DNA of 36,745 nucleotides from the IMG/VR virus record IMGVR_UViG_3300020017_000024, positions 1-36,745 of that record; one strand, written 5' to 3'. A model generated the notes under the pieces. It worked only from the letters and a program-made list of their open reading frames with translations. It did no database searches and was not told the DNA's origin. The first letter of the stretch is position 1. Every line of letters begins with the position of its first letter. Made by a program: the position numbers and the translations under genes. Source of the DNA: a virus. Taxonomy: Duplodnaviria > Caudoviricetes. Positions 36,732-36,745 of the stretch are shown one piece after another.

Positions 36732-36745
36732 TTGGGTTGTTTTTG

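Noticed and set aside
1-36745. Stop-codon reassignment suggested by the rarity of TAG
   Set aside because: Genes are intact and densely packed under the standard code and no suppressor tRNA was seen; TAG rarity follows from the general AG depletion.
1-36745. tRNA, rRNA, integrase/att sites or transposons
   Set aside because: None were recognisable by eye; a tRNAscan or HMM run would be needed to exclude them fully.

Overview
This is a near-complete genome segment of a tailed dsDNA phage (siphovirus-like), with every credible gene on the minus strand. The host is inferred to be Bacteroidota/Flavobacteriia from TTG-N17-19-TAnnTTTG promoters and A-rich, Shine-Dalgarno-less starts. Reading right to left: scaffold, major capsid, tail tube, lysis genes (amidase, holin, candidate u-spanin) mixed with head-tail/neck genes, a terminator and early promoter, small early genes, C5 DNA methyltransferase, Bet/RecT recombinase, replication initiator and loader, TerS, TerL, tail fibre, frameshifting tail chaperone, tape measure, three tail proteins and the 5' part of the portal gene. 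The tail module is tandemly duplicated with a 6573-bp period. The junction holds an exact 117-bp inverted piece of the portal gene and creates an in-frame chimeric ORF; this could be a real rearrangement or an amplification/assembly chimera of two strains. The best candidate for an undescribed system is a phage-encoded disulfide-formation pathway: outer virion proteins are very Cys-rich, the internal scaffold and tape measure have no Cys, and the late operon encodes a CxxC membrane protein plus Cys-pair microproteins. Other oddities are a structured attenuator-like capsid leader, strong AG/CT depletion, and a lone perfect Shine-Dalgarno site. All product calls come from motif and context recognition, not database searches.
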